DNA of 64,000 bases, from contig JBEULP010000003.1 of NCBI GenBank assembly GCA_041287245.1, positions 96,001 through 160,000 of the forward strand, read 5' to 3'. The position numbers were made by a program, and so were the translations under genes. Of this stretch, positions 59,434-64,000 are shown in pieces. Each line of letters starts with the position of its first letter. Positions within the stretch are counted from its first letter, which is position 1. The notes under the pieces were generated by a model. It did no database searches and had not been told where the DNA came from. It saw only the letters and a list, made by a program, of their open reading frames with translations. This stretch comes from Infirmifilum sp. Lineage in GTDB: Archaea > Thermoproteota > Thermoprotei > Thermofilales > Thermofilaceae.

Positions 59434-60447
59434 TTAGAACTCTCTTTTTTCGATGAAAATCGCTAGTTCTTTCAGCATCTCCCGGTACTTACTCTCCGGC
59501 AGTTTTTCAAGGGCTATAAGTGCACGACTAATATATTCTGAGCGTAACTCCTCAGCTTTTCTTAAGGCTTGTGTATTCTTGATCTCTCTTACCGTCTCTT
59601 CAACCTCGCTCCAGCTTACCTCGCTTTTAGAGAGAATTTTATAAAGCGTGCTGTTCTCGCCAAGTTCTTCAAGTGCGAGCAAGACAACTAGGTTTCCCAA
59701 TTTATGTTCCTTAATATCTCCGCCGACCTTCTTACCAGTCTTTGTCTCTTCGCCGAAGATGTCTATAATATCGTCGCTAACTTGGAAAGCTAAGCCAATA
59801 TTTTTCCCGTATGTCTTTAGAGCCTCAAGGTAGTTTTCGTCAACGTTTTCAACAGAGAGTCCGCCGAACAAACATGAGGTTTCTATGAGAACCCCAGTCT
59901 TCTTTTCAATCATTTCTAGATACTGGCCGACTGAAACCCTGCGGTACCTGTTTGCCACTATATAGGGCTCGTCGTCCCGTCCGCTTTGTTCAAACAAGAT
60001 ATCAAGGCGTTCACCGTCTGTTAGGAGTTTTATGGTGCGCGTCATTATCTCGTGGAACAACTTAGGGTCACGAGTATCTAGCAAAGCGTCCGAAATGCTC
60101 TCCCTGTAATGTACAGCCACTAAAATAGCAGTGCTTAAGCCGTACTTTTTCCAAACTGTTGGGAACCCTCTTCTAACCTCGCTGTGATCTATTATATCGT
60201 CTAGAATAAGAGAGTAGTTATGGGCCAGCTCGACAGCAGCGGCTGCCGGGTAGGCATCCTCCTCTTTACCTCCAAGAGCAAGGGCAGAAATAATCGTCAA
60301 GGCAGGCCTAACCCTTTTACCCCCGATTTTAATAGGGTATAATACAGCCTCTGAAAATGAAGGATTAGCGTTTTTCAATAGGTACTTCTCCATGACATGA
60401 TCGATCTTTTTTCCATACTCAACAAGTATACTCACGGGATCGCTCAT
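59434..60447 (-). CDS. polyprenyl (geranylgeranyl) diphosphate synthase
   Basis: GGKRVRP, DDIID...RRG, second FQVSDDIID motif. Confidence 0.92.
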   Translation of the reverse strand: MSDPVSILVEYGKKIDHVMEKYLLKNANPSFSEAVLYPIKIGGKRVRPALTIISALALGGKEEDAYPAAAAVELAHNYSLILDDIIDHSEVRRGFPTVWKKYGLSTAILVAVHYRESISDALLDTRDPKLFHEIMTRTIKLLTDGERLDILFEQSGRDDEPYIVANRYRRVSVGQYLEMIEKKTGVLIETSCLFGGLSVENVDENYLEALKTYGKNIGLAFQVSDDIIDIFGEETKTGKKVGGDIKEHKLGNLVVLLALEELGENSTLYKILSKSEVSWSEVEETVREIKNTQALRKAEELRSEYISRALIALEKLPESKYREMLKELAIFIEKREF

Positions 60448-60605
60448 ATGCGCCCGCTTCTCCCTTCCTCGTCAAACCCTTAAAGATTTTGGTTTCCGCG
60501 CACCTCCCTGGCACATTTGAGGCTTCATCCCCCGGAGCTCTGCAGTCATGCGTGTGACCGAAATTATTTTTTAGCCTTATGTTTACTCATATGCGTGGAT
60601 TACAC

Positions 60606-61511
60606 ATGGATGTCTTTCTACTGGGACATTTAGTGGTGGACATAATAGTCCGAAAAGGGAACGTCAGGCGAAGTCTAGGAGGCACTGTAACGTACGGTGC
60701 CATGGCGGCGTTGAGGCACAGGGCTAGGACGCACATAGTCTCTAAGATAGGCCTGGATTTTCCAGACGAGTATTTCCTATTCTTAACTAGGAGCGGGGTG
60801 GACGTGTCCCACGTGAGTGTCTCGAAGGACCTGCCCACGACTAAATTCAAGCTTGTTTATGAAGATTCAGATAGAACGCTCTACCTTCTCTCGCGCTGTG
60901 AGGATATATTGTCCGGCGATATTCCAGGTGAGAAAATTAAGGGAGGCATTGTGATCATCGGCTCCCTGATAGGAGAGGTTTCTCCAGCCGTGATCCAAGA
61001 GGTCTCCGAGAAGGCCGCGCTGGTAGCAAGTGATCTACAGGGATATTTGAGGCGTGTGGGACCAGATAGAAAGGTATCGTTGGCTGTGACTCGTGAAGCC
61101 GCGCTTATCACTTCTATATCTGATATTGTTCACGCCGAGCTAGTAGAGGCACGAGTCCTCCTAGGAGATGCTCCTCCAGAGGTTCTTGCGAAGAAGCTTG
61201 TCCAGATGGGAGCGGGTATTGCTTTGGTAACGATGGGTGAGAAGGGTGCATATGTTGCCACGGCTGGGAAGACATACTACGTTCCAGCAGCGGAAGCCGC
61301 TCGAGTGGTGGATAGGACCGGGGCTGGCGATGTTTTCACAACGGTTTTTACTATAGAGTATCAGCGTTCAGGAGACATTAAGGAGGCTAGCAGTTACGCT
61401 GCAGCCGCGACGTCTTTTCTTGTGGAAAAACCTGGGATCGAAGGGTTGAGAAACAGGTGGGAGCTTCAAAACAGAGCAGAAAAGGTTCTGAACAACATCA
61501 AAGAAGTATAA
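60606..61511 (+). CDS. PfkB-family sugar/nucleoside kinase
   Basis: GG motif, DRTGAGDVF. Confidence 0.88.
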   Translation: MDVFLLGHLVVDIIVRKGNVRRSLGGTVTYGAMAALRHRARTHIVSKIGLDFPDEYFLFLTRSGVDVSHVSVSKDLPTTKFKLVYEDSDRTLYLLSRCEDILSGDIPGEKIKGGIVIIGSLIGEVSPAVIQEVSEKAALVASDLQGYLRRVGPDRKVSLAVTREAALITSISDIVHAELVEARVLLGDAPPEVLAKKLVQMGAGIALVTMGEKGAYVATAGKTYYVPAAEAARVVDRTGAGDVFTTVFTIEYQRSGDIKEASSYAAAATSFLVEKPGIEGLRNRWELQNRAEKVLNNIKEV

Positions 61512-61555
61512 ATATATCCGAAAATATTTTTATTATCGCAGCTTAATTTTTTATC

Positions 61556-62776
61556 GTGACTCAAATAATAGAAGACGTGAACCTAAGGATAAGAGAAGCG
61601 TACGAGATTCTCATCCCCGTCGTTCACCATACTCCCTTAACCCCCTTCAAGACGCTTAGCGATATGACGGGCGGTGAGGTTCTCCTGAAGCTTGAGAACT
61701 TCCAGAAAACAGGCGCGTTTAAGGTTCGAGGAGCCTACTATAAGCTTAGCAAGCTTAAGACGCGAGAGAACATTTCACGTGTAGTAGCCGCAAGTTCAGG
61801 AAACCACGCCCAGGGTGTAGCCTACTCCGCGGCGCAGCTTGGAATAGAGGCGACCATATTTATGCCGCGCTATACGCCCTTCTACAAGGTCAATGCTACG
61901 AGAAGTTACAGTGCAAAAGTTGTACTCTACGGCGACACCTACGATGATGCGTATAGGAAGGCTATTGAGGTTTCAGAGAGTGAAAAAATTCCTTTTATCC
62001 ACCCTTTCGAAGACCTTGACATAATCGCTGGACAGGGAACCATCGGACTCGAGATCTTTAAAGATGCACCTAACATCGACATCGTACTTGTTCCGGTGGG
62101 CGGAGGAGGTCTAATTTCAGGTATAGCTGTGGCTCTGAAAAAGCTAAACGAGAAAATTAAGGTGATAGGGGTGCAACCCTCTGGAGCCCCAGCCATGTAC
62201 CTTTCATACAAACAGGGACGAGTGACTGAGACACACGACGTTTACAGCATCGCGGATGGAGTCATAGTGAAGAAGCCTGGCGAGCTCACGCTCAAAATAA
62301 TGAGCGAGGTGGTTGATGACATGGTTCTAGTGGATGATAGGGATATTGCTAGGGCTGTCTTCCTACTCTTGGAAAGAGCAAAAACCGTGGCGGAGCCTGC
62401 CGGGGCTCTCTCAGTGGCGGCTCTCTTATCAGGCAATGTTAACGTGAAGGGCAAGAGGACTGTTGCCGTCGTGTCAGGCGGCAATGTTGAGCCCTCGTTG
62501 CTTGCTAGGATAATAAACCAAACGTTATTCATCGAAGGAAGACAGGTGAAGATCAAGGGGCAGCTCCCAGACAGGCCAGGCCAGCTAAAGAAAGTTATCG
62601 ATGTGGTTGCCGAGCTAGGCTTAAACATAATATCCATTGAGCATGAGAGAATAAACCCGCTTGTAGCGCCTGGGCTTGCGGAGGTGATAATCGGCTTGGA
62701 AGTTCCAAACCGTGATACTATAAACTTGCTCACACAAAGGTTAAAAGAGCTGGGGCTTGATTTTAAAGTGATATAG
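61556..62776 (+). CDS. ilvA: threonine ammonia-lyase with ACT domain
   Basis: [24 protein letters not shown]-terminal DRPG. Confidence 0.93.
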   Translation: MTQIIEDVNLRIREAYEILIPVVHHTPLTPFKTLSDMTGGEVLLKLENFQKTGAFKVRGAYYKLSKLKTRENISRVVAASSGNHAQGVAYSAAQLGIEATIFMPRYTPFYKVNATRSYSAKVVLYGDTYDDAYRKAIEVSESEKIPFIHPFEDLDIIAGQGTIGLEIFKDAPNIDIVLVPVGGGGLISGIAVALKKLNEKIKVIGVQPSGAPAMYLSYKQGRVTETHDVYSIADGVIVKKPGELTLKIMSEVVDDMVLVDDRDIARAVFLLLERAKTVAEPAGALSVAALLSGNVNVKGKRTVAVVSGGNVEPSLLARIINQTLFIEGRQVKIKGQLPDRPGQLKKVIDVVAELGLNIISIEHERINPLVAPGLAEVIIGLEVPNRDTINLLTQRLKELGLDFKVI

Positions 62777-62777
62777 C

Positions 62778-63158
62778 ATGAAAAGGATAGTTTTTACGGA
62801 AAAAGCCCCGAGACCAATAGGTCCCTATAGCCAAGCCGTAGAGGCTGGCGGTTTATTGTTCGTAGCAGGTCAGATTCCAATAAATCCTGAGACTGGAGAG
62901 CTCGTCCAGGGCAGTATAAGGGAACAAACAAAACAGGTGTTAGAAAATATTAAAGCCATTATTGAAGCGGCTGGCCTCAGTTTAAGGCATGTAGTCTACA
63001 CGACCGTTTACCTAAAAGATCTAAAGATGTTCAACGAGTTCAACGAGGTTTATTCAACCTATTTTCCCGAAGATCCTCCAGCAAGAGTCACCGTGCAAGT
63101 AGCCGACCTCCCACGAGGGGCTTTAATAGAAATTTCCGTTATCGCAGCCCATGGCTGA
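62778..63158 (+). CDS. ridA: RidA enamine/imine deaminase
   Basis: GPYSQA, PPAR, LP...IEI. Confidence 0.93.
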   Translation: MKRIVFTEKAPRPIGPYSQAVEAGGLLFVAGQIPINPETGELVQGSIREQTKQVLENIKAIIEAAGLSLRHVVYTTVYLKDLKMFNEFNEVYSTYFPEDPPARVTVQVADLPRGALIEISVIAAHG

Positions 63159-63193
63159 CCCCCTCTCTGCGCGCGAAAAATGAGAGTATATAA

Positions 63194-63297
63194 TGCGGGG
63201 GCCGGGATTCGAACCCGGGCAGGCCGACGCCAGCGGAGCCTGAGTCTGGGCTTCCTCTAAGGAACCGCCCCCTTTGACCTAGCTCGGGCACCCCCGC
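63194..63297 (-). tRNA. tRNA-Leu(CAG) with 19-nt intron at 30/31 (63246-63264)
   Basis: Nearly identical to the 29147-29250 gene; spliced loop CTCAGGC. Confidence 0.92.
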
Positions 63298-63398
63298 GCT
63301 GATGTAAAAGTGTGGGAACCCTTATAAAATATTTTTCTGGTCGCACACGCGAAGAAAAACATATAAATTGTTTTTTCTTTTACCCTGAGAGGGTTGGA

Positions 63399-63980
63399 AT
63401 GGTAAAGGTATTCCAAGTTGAAGAGATAGTGGAGGTTCCTAAGGACGTAAAAATACGCGTTGACGGGAAAAAGGTTGTCGTAGAGGGTCCCCTAGGCAAA
63501 GTGGAGAGAGACTTCAGTTTTGCGAAAAAGATCGATATTATGCATGAAGACAGCCAGGTGAGAGTTGTAGCTTATCTAGCTAACAAGCGAGAATATTCGC
63601 TTGTGAAGACCATTGCGTCACACATTACCAACATGATAACGGGGGTAACGAAGGGGTTCCGGTATAAGATGAAGATTGTATACGCACACTTTCCTATGAA
63701 TATCAAGATCGACAAAAACAAGGTTGTTATCGAAAACTTCCTTGGAGAAAGGGGCAAGAGATATGCAGATATTCTCCCAGGTGTTAAAGTCAGAGTTGAG
63801 AAGGAGGACGTGATCATCGAGGGTGTAGACAAGGAGGCTGTAGGTCAGACAGCGGCAAATATCCACCTAGCCACACAGCTAAGAGGCGACAACAGGCCGA
63901 GCCCTCATGGACGAGAAGGCACTGGTCCTGGGGTTCTCGACGGAATATACCTATATGCTATCGAGCATTTGAAGGCTTAA
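63399..63980 (+). CDS. rpl6: 50S ribosomal protein L6
   Basis: NMITGVTKGF, YAHFPM, ENFLGE, VGQTAANI, DGIY; ATG 63399. Confidence 0.95.
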   Translation: MVKVFQVEEIVEVPKDVKIRVDGKKVVVEGPLGKVERDFSFAKKIDIMHEDSQVRVVAYLANKREYSLVKTIASHITNMITGVTKGFRYKMKIVYAHFPMNIKIDKNKVVIENFLGERGKRYADILPGVKVRVEKEDVIIEGVDKEAVGQTAANIHLATQLRGDNRPSPHGREGTGPGVLDGIYLYAIEHLKA

Positions 63981-64000
63981 GGCATGGATGTTCATATAGG

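Overview
Core-genome segment of a crenarchaeon, most likely Thermofilaceae (Thermoproteales), judged from crenactin, multi-intron tRNAs and a permuted tRNA-iMet. It is mostly housekeeping: translation and RNA processing, a 2-oxoacid:ferredoxin oxidoreductase operon, PEP synthase, a liv-type ABC transporter, isoprenoid genes and a type IV pilus ATPase/platform pair. Signals the ORF track misses: (1) a candidate replication origin with three ORB boxes at ~14.08-14.29 kb, next to a winged-helix gene, with no orc1/cdc6 in the window; (2) a circularly permuted initiator tRNA-Met that also carries an intron, with an adjacent unexplained pseudoknot-forming RNA candidate; (3) eight further tRNAs, six with introns, including identical introns shared between isoacceptors; (4) a box C/D sRNA predicted to guide 23S Um2552, upstream of an uncalled 48-aa zinc-ribbon ORF; (5) uncalled rpoP and rpl39e. 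Other notable items are the crenactin/arcadin operon, a very divergent PCNA-like ORF, a possible recoding junction after aRF1, IS200/IS605-like end remnants and recurrent intergenic (CG)n tracts. No CRISPR array, rRNA gene or intact mobile element was seen. All calls are by eye; no database searches were run.
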